Positions 37,330-48,210 are shown, counted from the stretch's first letter. The stretch: DNA of 64,000 nucleotides from an uncultured beta proteobacterium (GCA_963714755.1 CAVQPL010000001.1:145543-209542), one strand, 5' to 3'. Numbers and translations are program-made. Notes: generated by a model not told the origin, from the sequence alone.

Positions 37330-38883
37330 GTGGATCAACAGTCTGTTCGGAGTGCGTCCCGGCGCTCGAGAAATTCCGGCGAGCGCGCGCCGCTGGCCCG
37401 GCCCATCAGTCCCGGCATGAGGGGCGGTCGCTACAAGCCGTTCACCGATGCCGAGGTCCTGCGCATCCACGCACTGGTGCTCAAACTACTGGCCGAACTG
37501 GGGCTGTCGCAGATAACCCCCTCGCTGGGGGACCGCGCCGTGGCCGCAGGTTGTAGCCTGGGCTCCGACGGTCGGCTGCGCTTTCCCGCTTCGCTGGTCG
37601 AAGATGTGCTGGCCCGTTCAAGACGCAAGTTCACCCTGCATGGCATCGATCCAAGACACGACATCGAGATCGGCGGGCAGCGCGTGCATACCGGCACCGG
37701 CGGTGCGGCTCCGACCATCATGGATTTTGAAACCGGGCGTTACCGTGAAAGCTCCGTGGCCGACCTCTACGACATCGCCCGGCTTTGCGACCGGCTCGAC
37801 AACATCCATTGGTATCACCGCTCCGTGGTCGCGCGCGACGCCAAGACCATCATCGATCTGGACATCAACACCACCTATGCCTGCCTGCAGGGCACGACGA
37901 AATCGATTGCGGTCAGCTATACCGACAGCCAGTCGGTGCGCGCCGTGCAGCCCTTGCTCGACCGCGTCGCGGGGGGCGAGGGCAAATTCCGCGAGCGGCC
38001 GTTCTGTACCGCTGTCTGCTGTCATGTGGTGCCACCGATGCGCTTTGCCACCGAAAGCTGTGACGCGCTGGAAGCGGCGGTACTGGCGGGCATGCCCATC
38101 CTGCTGGTTGCGGCCGGTCAGGCCGGAGCCACCGCGCCGGCCGCGCTGGCCGGCTCTGTCGCCCAGGCCTGTGCCGAGGTAGTGGCCGGCTTGATCCTGT
38201 GCAACATCATCGATCCGAACTGCCGTGGCATCTTTGCCACCTGGCCTTTTGTCTCCGATCTGCGCACCGGAGCGATGTCGGGCGGTTCGGGCGAGCAGGC
38301 CCTGCTGTCGGCAGCCTGCGCACAGATGGCTTCTTTCTACGATCTGCCCAATTCGGTGCCGGCGGGCATGACCGACTCCAAGCTGCCCGACATGCAATCG
38401 GGTGGTGAAAAGGGTTACACGATCTCGTTGGCCGCCCATGCCGGAGCCACGATGATCCATGAATGCGCGGGCATGCAGGGCAGCCTGATGGGTACGGCCT
38501 TCGAGTCCTACGTTCTGGACAACGATCTTCTGGGGGCCATCCTGCGCACGGTGCGTGGCATCGAGGTCAGCGACGAGACGCTGGACTACGACGTGATCCG
38601 CGACACGGTTCTGGGCGTTGGCCATTACCTTGGCCATGCGCAGACCTTTGCCCGCATGAAGACGGATTATCTTTATCCGGAAATTGCCGATCGGCGCAGC
38701 ATCGACGAATGGGAGCGGGCCGGCGCCCGTGACGCGCGCGATCTGGCGCGCGATCGCGTGCGCGCCATTCTGGCCGAGCACTATCCGGCCCACGTCGCGC
38801 CGGAGACCGATGGCTGGATACGCGACAACTACAACATCATCCTGCCGCCCGAGCGCATGCGCGCGGGCAATGGCGTATGGTGA
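37330..38883 (+). CDS. Non-pyrrolysine trimethylamine methyltransferase (MttB superfamily)
   Basis: GTG start after GGAGG; AGATAPAALAG, DLRTGAMSGGSGE, TDSKLPDMQSG, GHYLGHAQT. Confidence 0.88.
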   Translation: MDQQSVRSASRRSRNSGERAPLARPISPGMRGGRYKPFTDAEVLRIHALVLKLLAELGLSQITPSLGDRAVAAGCSLGSDGRLRFPASLVEDVLARSRRKFTLHGIDPRHDIEIGGQRVHTGTGGAAPTIMDFETGRYRESSVADLYDIARLCDRLDNIHWYHRSVVARDAKTIIDLDINTTYACLQGTTKSIAVSYTDSQSVRAVQPLLDRVAGGEGKFRERPFCTAVCCHVVPPMRFATESCDALEAAVLAGMPILLVAAGQAGATAPAALAGSVAQACAEVVAGLILCNIIDPNCRGIFATWPFVSDLRTGAMSGGSGEQALLSAACAQMASFYDLPNSVPAGMTDSKLPDMQSGGEKGYTISLAAHAGATMIHECAGMQGSLMGTAFESYVLDNDLLGAILRTVRGIEVSDETLDYDVIRDTVLGVGHYLGHAQTFARMKTDYLYPEIADRRSIDEWERAGARDARDLARDRVRAILAEHYPAHVAPETDGWIRDNYNIILPPERMRAGNGVW

Positions 38884-38905
38884 TCGGACAACACGGAGGA
38901 AAACC

Positions 38906-41329
38906 ATGCAGTCTCATGCGCGGGTCGTAGTTATTGGTGGCGGAATGATGGGCGTTGGCCTGCTCTACCATCTCGCCGAAGAGGGTTGGAACGATGTGGT
39001 GCTGATCGAGAAGGGGGAGCTCACCTCCGGCTCGACCTGGCATGCGGCGGGGCAATGCCCCTCCTTCATCGGCAACTACAACATGGCCAAGATCCACCAT
39101 TACTCCAACACGCTTTACCCGCGGCTGGAGGCGCTCACCGGCCAATCGGCGGGCTGGCACGGCTGCGGTGGCATTCGACTTGCAACAACCCCGCAAGAGG
39201 TGGACTGGTTTCACCACGTCGCCGGATTTGCCGCCAATATCGGCTTTGACATGCAGGTGATAGGCCCGGACGAGATCCGGCGCATCAACCCCTGGCTTCA
39301 AACGGATGGCATTCTCGCCGGGGCCTGGACCACCATGGACGGCCATGTCGACCCGTCGAGCGCCTGTAACGCCATGGCGCAAGGCGCGCGCAACATGGGC
39401 GCAACCATTCTTCGCCACACTCTGGTGACAGGGATCAAGCGACTGCCCTCTGGCGAGTTCGAGGTGCTGACGCAAGCCGGCAATATCCAATGCCAGCATG
39501 TGGTGAACGCAGCAGGCTGCTACGCCCGCGCAGTCGGAAACTGGCTTGGCGTGGAGACCCCGATCACCAACATGGAACACCAGTATCTGGTGACCGAGCC
39601 GCTGGAGGAGTTTCGCGCGACGGAGGTCGAACTTCCGGTGATGCGCGACCCCACCACGGCCGGCTACTACCGGCAGGAACAAAAGGCCGGGCTGATCGGT
39701 ATCTATGAGCACTATGGCAGCAAGGAGGCCTGGGGTCAGAGCGGCGGCATGCCGGCCTGGGATAGCTCGAGTGAGCTGTTCAACGATGATCTTGACCGCA
39801 TCACGCCATGGCTGGAGAAGGCGCTCAGCCGGATGCCGATCTTTGCCAACGCCGGAATCAAACGCGTCATCAACGGCGCCATCCCGCATACGCCTGACGG
39901 CAACCCGCTGGTTGGCCCGGCGTACGGCGTGCCGAATTTCTGGCAGTGCTGCGGATCCTCCATCGGCATCGCCCAGGGCGCTGGCTGCGGCAAGTATCTG
40001 GCGCAGTGGATGGTGCATGGAGACGCCGAGATCAACATGCGCGCCGTCGATCCACGCCGCTTCGGTGCCTATGCCGACGCCAACTACACCCGGGCCAAGA
40101 GCTTTGACGACTATCACCACATGTTCGAAACGCCGTTGCCCGGACGCGAGATCGAGGCCGGCCGTCTGGCCCGCGTGACGCCGCTTTTTGCCAAGCTCAA
40201 GGCCAAGGGCGCGGTTTATACCGAGGTCTTCGGCTGGGAGCGTCCGAAATGGTTCTCGCCCGACGGGCGATCGGAGAACTTGCAACATCGACGTAACAAC
40301 GTCTTTGACGTGGTGGCGGCTGAATGCCGCGCCGTGCGCGAGCGTGTCGGGGTGATGGATCTGTCGAGTTTTGCCAAGTTCGATGTCACCGGTCCGGGGG
40401 CCGAGGCCTTGCTCGACGGGCTGATCGCGAACCGACTGCCCAAGAAGGCGGGCGGCATCATCCTGACCCATGTCCTGTCGGCGAACGGCCGCATTCTGGG
40501 CGAATGGACGATCACCCGCCTGGGCGATGAGCGCTTCTACGTCCTGTCGGGGGCCGGAACCGAACGCGAGGCGCTCGACCATCTACACGGCCCGGCGTCT
40601 GCCAGCGTGCAGATTACCAACGTCACAGACGACTACGGGATGCTGGTCCTGGCTGGGCCGAAGGCGCGCGAGGTGCTGGCACAGCTGACCGATTCGGCTC
40701 TCGACAATGCGGCGTTCCGCTGGCTCAGCGGGCGTGAAATCGTCGTGGCCGGTCTGCCGGTGCGGGCTTTGCGCGTGAACTATGTCGGCGAACTGGGCTG
40801 GGAACTGCATGTACCCATGGCCGATCTGGAGCGCCTTTACGACGCCGTCTGGGCTGCCGGACTGGCGCATGGCATTGCCGATTTCGGCGTTTACGCAGTC
40901 AACTCGCTGCGCATGGAAAAGGCCTATCGCGGCCTTGGCAGTGAGCTGACCAATGAGATCACACTGGTCGAGGCCGACTGCCTGCGCTTTTATGCGCCGG
41001 ACAAGGGCGACTTTACAGGCAGAAGTGAGACCGAAGCCGTCAAGCTCAGGGGCGTTACGACGAAACTCGTCTATGCCGAGGTTGCGGCTACCGATTGCGA
41101 CATCTATGGCGGCGAGGCGGTGATGCAGGGCGAGCGGGTGGTTGGCGTCTGCACCTCGGGCGGTTATGGGCACGCAACAGGAAAAAGCCTGGCCTTTGCC
41201 TATGTCGATCCAACTGTTGTCGACGGGCTTGAAGTGGTCATTCTGGGCGAACGCCGCAGGCTCAGCTTGCTGGGTGAACCCGCCTGGGACCCCACCAATG
41301 CCAGACAAAAGGGCGTAGCACTGGCATAG
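38906..41329 (+). CDS. Dimethylglycine/sarcosine dehydrogenase-like GcvT family protein
   Basis: IGGGMMG, ELTSGSTWHAAG, HTPDGNPL, GWERP, YVGELGWELH, SLRMEK. Confidence 0.9.
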   Translation: MQSHARVVVIGGGMMGVGLLYHLAEEGWNDVVLIEKGELTSGSTWHAAGQCPSFIGNYNMAKIHHYSNTLYPRLEALTGQSAGWHGCGGIRLATTPQEVDWFHHVAGFAANIGFDMQVIGPDEIRRINPWLQTDGILAGAWTTMDGHVDPSSACNAMAQGARNMGATILRHTLVTGIKRLPSGEFEVLTQAGNIQCQHVVNAAGCYARAVGNWLGVETPITNMEHQYLVTEPLEEFRATEVELPVMRDPTTAGYYRQEQKAGLIGIYEHYGSKEAWGQSGGMPAWDSSSELFNDDLDRITPWLEKALSRMPIFANAGIKRVINGAIPHTPDGNPLVGPAYGVPNFWQCCGSSIGIAQGAGCGKYLAQWMVHGDAEINMRAVDPRRFGAYADANYTRAKSFDDYHHMFETPLPGREIEAGRLARVTPLFAKLKAKGAVYTEVFGWERPKWFSPDGRSENLQHRRNNVFDVVAAECRAVRERVGVMDLSSFAKFDVTGPGAEALLDGLIANRLPKKAGGIILTHVLSANGRILGEWTITRLGDERFYVLSGAGTEREALDHLHGPASASVQITNVTDDYGMLVLAGPKAREVLAQLTDSALDNAAFRWLSGREIVVAGLPVRALRVNYVGELGWELHVPMADLERLYDAVWAAGLAHGIADFGVYAVNSLRMEKAYRGLGSELTNEITLVEADCLRFYAPDKGDFTGRSETEAVKLRGVTTKLVYAEVAATDCDIYGGEAVMQGERVVGVCTSGGYGHATGKSLAFAYVDPTVVDGLEVVILGERRRLSLLGEPAWDPTNARQKGVALA

Positions 41330-41471
41330 CAAAGCAACTTGGACGCGACCCGCCTTGCCTGACGCGCCCATAGGGGTTCGCCAGGGCGCATTGGCCTGTC
41401 CGACCTCGCGCATGCCCAAATCACGGCCGCGTTCGCGGGGCTTGTGTCAAACAATCCGGCCAATTGCTCGG

Positions 41472-42704
41472 TCATGGCGCCTGCCAATTGACCGGCGTGC
41501 TCTTTGAGCGGGCCTGTTGCCGCCGCAGCATCAATTGCGACAGCAAGGCCAGCACCGAGAACCCCAGCATCAGCCATCCCAGGTACAAACTGCCGTCCAG
41601 CGGCAGCAGCCCGACGGTAAAGCCCGCCGCAGCGCCCATCATTTGCTGCATCAGTCCGGCCACGGCGGCGGCCGCGCCGGCCAGGCCCGGTACCAGTCCG
41701 ACCGTGCCGGACAGGCAGTTTGGCGTCAGCAGGCCGTGCCCGATACCGAGCAGCATCAGGGGCATCGCAAAGGCCAGCGGTGAATCGAAGTGAGCCATGG
41801 CCAACGCGATCATCAATGTGATGCCGCTCAAGCTGAGCAATTGCCCGATCATCATCAAGCGGCCTTCGCCATGCCGCCTCACCAGCGCACTGGTGAGGTA
41901 GTTGCCGCAGATGTAGGCGATCGGCACCGGCATGATGTACCAGCCCACGCCTTGCGGGCCGACGCCATAGCTGCCCAGCACGAAGGGCGCAGCGGCAAGA
42001 AAAGCGAAAAACGCGGCCGTGGTGAATGCCAGGATCGCCACGTACAACAAGAAGGCCGGCTCCCGCGCCAGTCGCGCGTAGGCGGTGCGCATGTCGACAA
42101 ACCAGTGCGTGCCCGCGACCTGGGTTTTACCGTCTGCCGGTATCGTGCGCCAGGTGACGAGCAGCAGCACGGCGGCCATTGCGGCGATCAGCACGAAGTT
42201 CGACTGCCATCCCAGTCGCACATGCAGCTGGCCGCCGATGACGGTGCCCAGCGGTGGCGTCATACCCATCGCCATGCCGACAAAAGCCATGATGCGGGTG
42301 CGCTGCGGCCCCCGGAACAGATCTTGCACCATGGAGCGCCCCACGACCATGCCCGCCGCGCAACCCGCACCTTGCAGCATGCGCGCTGCCGCCACACCGG
42401 TCAGCCCGGTTGCCAGCGCGGCCAATAGCGAGCCGATAAGGGCCAGCACAAGACCGATCATCAAGATCCGCTTTCGGCCATGGCGATCTGACAGAGGCCC
42501 CCAGAGCAGTTGCAAACCACCAAAAGCCACAATAAAGGCACTGAAGGTGAGCTGGACACTGGCCTGGTCGGCGTCAAATATCGCGCCCCACTGCTGCATC
42601 GAAGGCAGGCAGATGGTCATGGCCAGCAGGCCGAACGTGATCTGCGCCAGCAGGTTGGCAATCAGCAGCGGGCTGGCAGTTTGGCTTGGAGGAGGGTGTT
42701 GCAC
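41472..42704 (-). CDS. Bcr/CflA MFS efflux transporter
   Basis: GPLSDRHGRK, multi-TM, GWQSNF. Confidence 0.9.
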   Translation of the reverse strand: MQHPPPSQTASPLLIANLLAQITFGLLAMTICLPSMQQWGAIFDADQASVQLTFSAFIVAFGGLQLLWGPLSDRHGRKRILMIGLVLALIGSLLAALATGLTGVAAARMLQGAGCAAGMVVGRSMVQDLFRGPQRTRIMAFVGMAMGMTPPLGTVIGGQLHVRLGWQSNFVLIAAMAAVLLLVTWRTIPADGKTQVAGTHWFVDMRTAYARLAREPAFLLYVAILAFTTAAFFAFLAAAPFVLGSYGVGPQGVGWYIMPVPIAYICGNYLTSALVRRHGEGRLMMIGQLLSLSGITLMIALAMAHFDSPLAFAMPLMLLGIGHGLLTPNCLSGTVGLVPGLAGAAAAVAGLMQQMMGAAAGFTVGLLPLDGSLYLGWLMLGFSVLALLSQLMLRRQQARSKSTPVNWQAP

Positions 42705-42767
42705 TTGGCGCAGGAACGTGGTTGGTCGCTCCGGATGATGAATCGACCCGGCGCTGCGGCGGTTGTG

Positions 42768-44915
42768 TCAGCTGACCCGCAGGCCACGCAGATCGAGGCC
42801 GTAGCCGCTGATGGCGATCGCCGGCACATCGGCCGCCTTGCCTGAAGGCGCCGTGGTCTTGTCGACCGCCTCCAGCGTCAGGCGCTCGGCCCGGCGACGG
42901 GATGCGTCGGTCAGTTCCCGCGGCAAGCCGTCATAGGCGCTGCCGTCGCTGCGCCATTCATTCAAGGTCAGCAACTGGTCGCGCGTTTGATCCGGATGGC
43001 ACAGACGCAGCTGGACCGGCGTCTGCGCTGGCAACTCCGGATGCAGGCTCCAGGTTGGCACAAAGCTGCGATAGCGCAAGCCGCTGATCCTCAGCCTGCC
43101 ATAGCGGTCACGCTCGTCTTTCATCGGCAGCGGGACGCCACCGGCCATGATCTGCCAGGCTTGCCAGTCGGCGCCACCACCTTCTTCGCCTCTCGGTGGC
43201 CTTAGCCGCAGTTCGACGCGCGCGGTTCCGGCATCGATCATGCGCGAGCCGCCGGCCTGCTCCGGGCTTGCCGCATCGCCGAGCAATGGCCAGAACTCGA
43301 GCGCTTGCCGGACTTCGACTGTGCAGCCGGGCAGATCGACCGTTCCCCAACGACGGCATTCATCGAGCCACAAGATCTGTTCGATCGGTTCGCCGAGTCC
43401 GAAGCCGCCAGCGTCGAGGCTTGCAAATACCGATGCGAGATCCTGTTCGAGATAGAACGGCAATGCGAAGCGCTGATGCAGCTCTCGCCCCCAGTCAATC
43501 AGCGGATCGTCGTAGGGCGCAGCGGCCAACATGGCTGTGATCGCGCGCAGCAGACAGGCGATCGCGGTAGCGCGCTCCGGCGTGTGCTGCATGCGCAGGG
43601 CTCGGAATTCGACCAGCCCGAGCCGCCCCCGGCCAGGCAGGAAGGGATTCCAGAGTTTCTCGATATTGAGTTCGGCGCGGTGGCTGTTGCCCGATGCGTC
43701 GCACAGGAAGGAGGCGAGGCTGTGCCACAACGATTCGGCAGCAAGTTCGCTCTTGTGTTCGAGCAGTTCCAGCGCGAGTACCAGTTCGTCGAAGGCATCG
43801 TGGCCACGCTCGTCGGAGCGCACCGACTGTCCGCTGCTGCCGACAAAATCGTGGCAAAAGAGATAGGACAAGGACGGGTGGCGATTGAAAAAGCGCACCA
43901 GCCGGGGCAGCAGCCGGGGCTCGGCGATGAACGGACTCGTGCGCGCTGTCGGCCCGCCCAGCGTGATCTGCCCCGCGCCCCCCGAGTCGGCGACTACGCC
44001 GTTGAAATACAGGCGATAGGGATCGAGCCGCTGCGCAGCTGCGGCGTCATGGATCCAGCGGCTGCAGGCCAGAAACGCGCTTGCATCGGCACAGGGCGCC
44101 GAGTTGATCTCGATCACCGCCGGGTCCGGGGTCACACTGGTCAGCTCGGTTGCTGCATCGACAGGCGGCGGGTATCCGGCCAGCACCAGAGTCGCGACGC
44201 CGGCGTCGGCACACGCCGCCTGCAGCGCCAGCAATACGCGCAGCAACAGCTCGACCGAATCGAACATCGGCAGATCGACGCGTGGCGACAGCCGGCCATC
44301 GATGTCCAGCAACTGCAGCAGCATCAGATGGTTGCCGGACTCTGCCAGCTCATCGCGCAGGCCGCCCGGATGCAGGCCGGGTGCATCGATGGGTGCTCGC
44401 TCGAACCAAACGGCAGCGGAGGCCTGCGGCGGCACCGAATCGGTTCGCACGACGATTCGGTGTATCGACCGATCAACCGACGCGACCGGCCATACCGACA
44501 GTTGATGCTCTTGCAGCCGGCGTGCGAACGCATCGGCCCACGCCTCGAGTTTGGGCAACGGCTGCGCCAGCGCTTCGGCTGACGCAACGATGGGATCAGG
44601 CGGGCCAGACCACAGTGCCGTGCGGTCGCGCCGGCAATAGATGCCGAAATACCAGTGTGGCACCGCCTCGCCCGGGTAACGCCGACCGACGCTGCGCAGT
44701 ATCAAGGCGCCTGTCATATTCGAAACCATTGCGGCAAGCAAGGCGCGCGCCCGGCCCTCCTTGTCGCCGCCGACCGCGGCGATGTTCCACTCGGGTGACT
44801 GCGATTGGCGGTCGGTGAAAGTCGGCTCGCAGCCAAGCCAGATCGTCTGACCGGCCGCCGCGATGCGCGCATCATGGCGGGCTACCGCGTCGTCGAAGGC
44901 GCTTTGCACACTCAT
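42768..44915 (-). CDS. DUF2126 putative amidoligase-domain protein
   Basis: GCEPTF, TPDPAVIEIN, GGAGQITLGG, HPSLSYLF, GNSHRAELNIEKL, GLVEFRAL. Confidence 0.85.
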   Translation of the reverse strand: MSVQSAFDDAVARHDARIAAAGQTIWLGCEPTFTDRQSQSPEWNIAAVGGDKEGRARALLAAMVSNMTGALILRSVGRRYPGEAVPHWYFGIYCRRDRTALWSGPPDPIVASAEALAQPLPKLEAWADAFARRLQEHQLSVWPVASVDRSIHRIVVRTDSVPPQASAAVWFERAPIDAPGLHPGGLRDELAESGNHLMLLQLLDIDGRLSPRVDLPMFDSVELLLRVLLALQAACADAGVATLVLAGYPPPVDAATELTSVTPDPAVIEINSAPCADASAFLACSRWIHDAAAAQRLDPYRLYFNGVVADSGGAGQITLGGPTARTSPFIAEPRLLPRLVRFFNRHPSLSYLFCHDFVGSSGQSVRSDERGHDAFDELVLALELLEHKSELAAESLWHSLASFLCDASGNSHRAELNIEKLWNPFLPGRGRLGLVEFRALRMQHTPERATAIACLLRAITAMLAAAPYDDPLIDWGRELHQRFALPFYLEQDLASVFASLDAGGFGLGEPIEQILWLDECRRWGTVDLPGCTVEVRQALEFWPLLGDAASPEQAGGSRMIDAGTARVELRLRPPRGEEGGGADWQAWQIMAGGVPLPMKDERDRYGRLRISGLRYRSFVPTWSLHPELPAQTPVQLRLCHPDQTRDQLLTLNEWRSDGSAYDGLPRELTDASRRRAERLTLEAVDKTTAPSGKAADVPAIAISGYGLDLRGLRVS

Positions 44916-45069
44916 CGCCGCGTGGTAGCAGGTTGGCGTGGCACGCCGACATCGGAGCACACCGTGGCTCCGACCTGCCCGCTTCGTTGCGCAATGGCGC
45001 TTGTCCTGTGACTGTCACGCATGATTCATGCTCCCGGTCAATTCACTCGATCATAGGGCGCAAGCACAT

Positions 45070-45351
45070 TCAGCTTGCAGATTCACCTGCGGCACTGCCC
45101 GGACTCGCCACTTGCGTGCGCAAGAACACCGTCCCGGCGCGACTGAAGCCCTGCATGCCGTTTGAGGAAACCATTTCATTCAGAATCACACGTCATTGCA
45201 GTACCTGCTGCAACATGCCGGCTGCCGGTGTTTCATTGAACGAGTGGCCCTGGATATCCTCGCCCAGCGCCGAGACGTTGGTGTCGCCGATGATGGAACC
45301 AACATCATCGACTTTTGACAGCTGAATTTCTGGTTACGAGCTAATCTCCAT
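45070..45351 (-). pseudogene. Possible degraded small gene
   Basis: One 94-codon frame after a purine-rich leader, with two internal stops; no family recognised. Confidence 0.25.
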
Positions 45352-45545
45352 CACGCCCTTAGAGTCAAGTGCTGGGGCCCCTTGGGCCATGCACCAGGAG
45401 CCGGCTAGCCCAGTCCAGTGGGCCCCACAACATGACGTATGAAAGTACGCTCCCCGTTGTCGGTTAGAGTCACTTCGATCCCGTTCCACCCAAGACCGCC
45501 ATCGCGCCCGCCACTGAGCGCTGGCAGCGAACCGGTCGGTACCCA

Positions 45546-46745
45546 ATGCAAACACCGACTCCTCCCGCAACCGAGGTCGCGCATCGCCCGAGCGCAGTGC
45601 CACCGTCGTCGACTGCCCGGGCCGTGCCCTGGATGGCCGGCTGGCTCGGGTTGATGGTGGTGATGGCCGTGTCGGGCCGGCAGGCTACGCGCGAACTCGA
45701 CGTGTTCCAGATCATGGAGGTGCGCTCGCTGATCGGGATGCTGCTGCTGGCCCCGTTGGTGTATGCCGCAGGCGGCTTGCGTGCGATGCGCACGACACGG
45801 CCGCTGCTGCACGTGGCGCGCAATGTCGTGCATTACGGTGCGCAATACGCCTGGCTCTATGCGCTCACGCTGATTCCGCTGGCGCAACTGGTCGCGCTCG
45901 AGTTCACGATGCCGATCTGGACCTTGCTGCTGGCAGCGGCATTTCTGGGCGAACCACTGCATCGCTGGAAGGCCGCTGCCGTAGCGCTGGGACTGGCCGG
46001 TGTCGTGCTGATCGTGCAACCGACCCAGGCCGGGGTCAGTCCGGGTCAGCTCATCGCACTGGCCGCTGCTGTCGGATTCGCCGTGTCGGTGATCCTGGTC
46101 AAACTGCTCACGCACAGCGAAGACGCCACGAGGATCATGTTCTGGATGCTGGTGGTGCAGTCGGTGCTCGGCTTGTGGCCAGCGTTGGCGACCTGGCGCT
46201 GGCCGTCGCCGGTTGTATGGGGCTCGGCGGCCCGTGACTGCGCCCGGTCGGTGATGCTGGCATATCTTCCCCTGTTCGCCGTGCTCGCCGTCGTGGGCGC
46301 GGGGCTCGTATCGGGCCTGCTGTTCGCGTTCTCGAACTTCGTCATGCAGGCGCTGCTCGAGCTTCCGGCAGAGTACGGCCAGCAGGCGATGCAGCGCATC
46401 AATGTGCGCATCATCAACCCGGTCTTCCTGCTGGCCTTCATGGGCAGCGCCCTGGCCTGTGCACTGGTGGCGGTCCTGTGCGTGCTGCACCCGGCCACGC
46501 CCGGTACCGGTTGGTTGCTGGCGGGCGCGCTGACCTATCTGGCAGGCCCGTTCGGTGTGACGCTCGCATGCAACGTGCCGCTGAACAACGCGATGGCACG
46601 TGCCAGGCCCGACGAGGCCAGCACGGCCTGGCCAGCAAACGCGTCGCGCTGGCGCAGGTGGAACCATCTGCGCACCGTGCTGGCGGTGCTGGCCACGACG
46701 CTGCTCGGCATCGGGTTGCTTCGGATGGGTGTTGTTCCGGCGTAG
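45546..46745 (+). CDS. In-frame chimera: truncated EamA/DMT transporter + DUF1772 (anthrone oxygenase-like, own ATG at 46254)
   Basis: DMT part (ALEFTMPIW...FLGE) stops at WRWPSPVVWG; then GLLFAFSNFVMQAL...AMQRIN...NVPLNN...WNHLRT. Confidence 0.75.
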   Translation: MQTPTPPATEVAHRPSAVPPSSTARAVPWMAGWLGLMVVMAVSGRQATRELDVFQIMEVRSLIGMLLLAPLVYAAGGLRAMRTTRPLLHVARNVVHYGAQYAWLYALTLIPLAQLVALEFTMPIWTLLLAAAFLGEPLHRWKAAAVALGLAGVVLIVQPTQAGVSPGQLIALAAAVGFAVSVILVKLLTHSEDATRIMFWMLVVQSVLGLWPALATWRWPSPVVWGSAARDCARSVMLAYLPLFAVLAVVGAGLVSGLLFAFSNFVMQALLELPAEYGQQAMQRINVRIINPVFLLAFMGSALACALVAVLCVLHPATPGTGWLLAGALTYLAGPFGVTLACNVPLNNAMARARPDEASTAWPANASRWRRWNHLRTVLAVLATTLLGIGLLRMGVVPA

Positions 46746-47118
46746 TGCGCGCGCGGTTGTCCCGCCCGACGGTTCGATGCGGGACTTGCCGATCACTCGC
46801 GGGTACCGCACGGCGGTCGGCGACATGGGTGGCGCGCCACCGCAGCCGCGGCACAGGCGCATGCAGAGCCTGCTCCATCGCTGCACGGTATGCTCGCGGT
46901 GCGCCGGCAGTTCGCCGTTCGCGGCCGGTCGGCCGGACGCATGGGCGCGGGTTGCGGGACTCCCGCGCCGATCCATGCACCCGGATCGGCGGTGTGACGT
47001 CCAGCGAATCCGCGTGCGATCGGGCGCCAGCTTGGCCGTTGTTCCCGGGTGACGGATCGGCGACCGCGTCAGGCGTCGTGTGGTGTGAAATCCTGTGCAC
47101 AGAGAGAAGAGGCATGCA

Positions 47119-47697
47119 TTGACTGAACTGGATGAAAAGCAGAAAAGAGGCATCAGGATCGTTGTCGCCTATCCGTTCGTATTGCTCGTGATGTCGATAC
47201 TGGTCAACCTGCTGTTGCTCGATATCGCGGCCTTCAAGGCGGGCGTGCCCACGGAAAAACACCTGTGGGCGATCGCGATTGCAGGCATTGCGTTCGCGGT
47301 CAACCATTCCTGGCTGATGACGGCAACCGAGATCACCAGGGCGCGGTACCGCATGCATGCCACGCCGGAGGAATGGAAGGCGAGCGGTACCCGCCTGCAG
47401 GATGTGCCGGAACCGGCGTTGCGGGAGCTGGAGCGCAACCACAACGCCCATCGAAACGCGAACGAGAACACGGGCTATTTCGTGGCGCTGCTGATTCCGT
47501 TTGTCCTGGTATCGCCGCCGGTGGCCACGACCTATGTCTGGCTGATCGGTTTTGCGCTATCGCGGCTGGGATATACCTACGGCTATCTGCGCGGCAATGA
47601 CACGGTGCGCAGCGTTTTCATGACCCTCGGCCTGTTGGCCATGTACGGCGTGGCAAGCTATCTGGTTCTGAGTGCCTGGGGCTGGGGCGTGCCGTGA
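47119..47697 (+). CDS. MAPEG family membrane protein
   Basis: NAHRNANEN, SRLGYTYGYL; TTG start after AGAGG. Confidence 0.8.
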   Translation: MTELDEKQKRGIRIVVAYPFVLLVMSILVNLLLLDIAAFKAGVPTEKHLWAIAIAGIAFAVNHSWLMTATEITRARYRMHATPEEWKASGTRLQDVPEPALRELERNHNAHRNANENTGYFVALLIPFVLVSPPVATTYVWLIGFALSRLGYTYGYLRGNDTVRSVFMTLGLLAMYGVASYLVLSAWGWGVP

Positions 47698-48024
47698 GCG
47701 CGGCATGGCGCCGGTGCACCGGCGGGGCTTGGCCGAACCGTGGCACGTGTCCGCCGATGGCAATGCCTGCCGGCGTCGCGGCCAGCGGCCATGCGAGCTC
47801 TGTCCTGCATGCACGCCTGAACGAATCCATTCGCTTGCCGGCGATGCCGGCAGCTGTATGCCGGTCGGGTCGCGGGTCCAGCACGGCGCTGTCGGTGACG
47901 CAGGCAGGCCGACTCACAGGCCGCAGCGCCGCAGCGCGCGGCAGGCACTTTCCATGGTTGAGCGACATGCTCACGGTGCGCAGTCGCATGGCGCGACTGT
48001 CCCGACAACGCGAAGGGGTGTGAC

Positions 48025-48210
48025 ATGAGCAGCAGAAACATTCTCTGAGCAACGTATGCCATGTTTGCGGCCTCGGCCTTTGCCACTGCCCCGCAGCAGG
48101 GGCTTTTCGCTTTCGACGGCCGGCTCCCCGGAGTCAAGGCGGCCGTCTGGCTGGCATGGATCGGGTTTCTCGCCTACAGCATCCACTGCAGCGCGCATGA
48201 GCATCTATTC
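48025..48210 (+). pseudogene. Truncated membrane protein with internal stop
   Basis: MSSRNIL*ATYAMFAA...WIGFLAYSIHCS, cut where the opposite-strand GNAT remnant ends. Confidence 0.4.

Noticed and set aside
37330-38883. Pyrrolysine recoding in the MttB homolog
   Set aside because: No in-frame TAG and no pyl genes in the window.
45405-47153. 582-aa minus-strand ORF
   Set aside because: Arg/Gly/His-rich shadow of the EamA-DUF1772 region.
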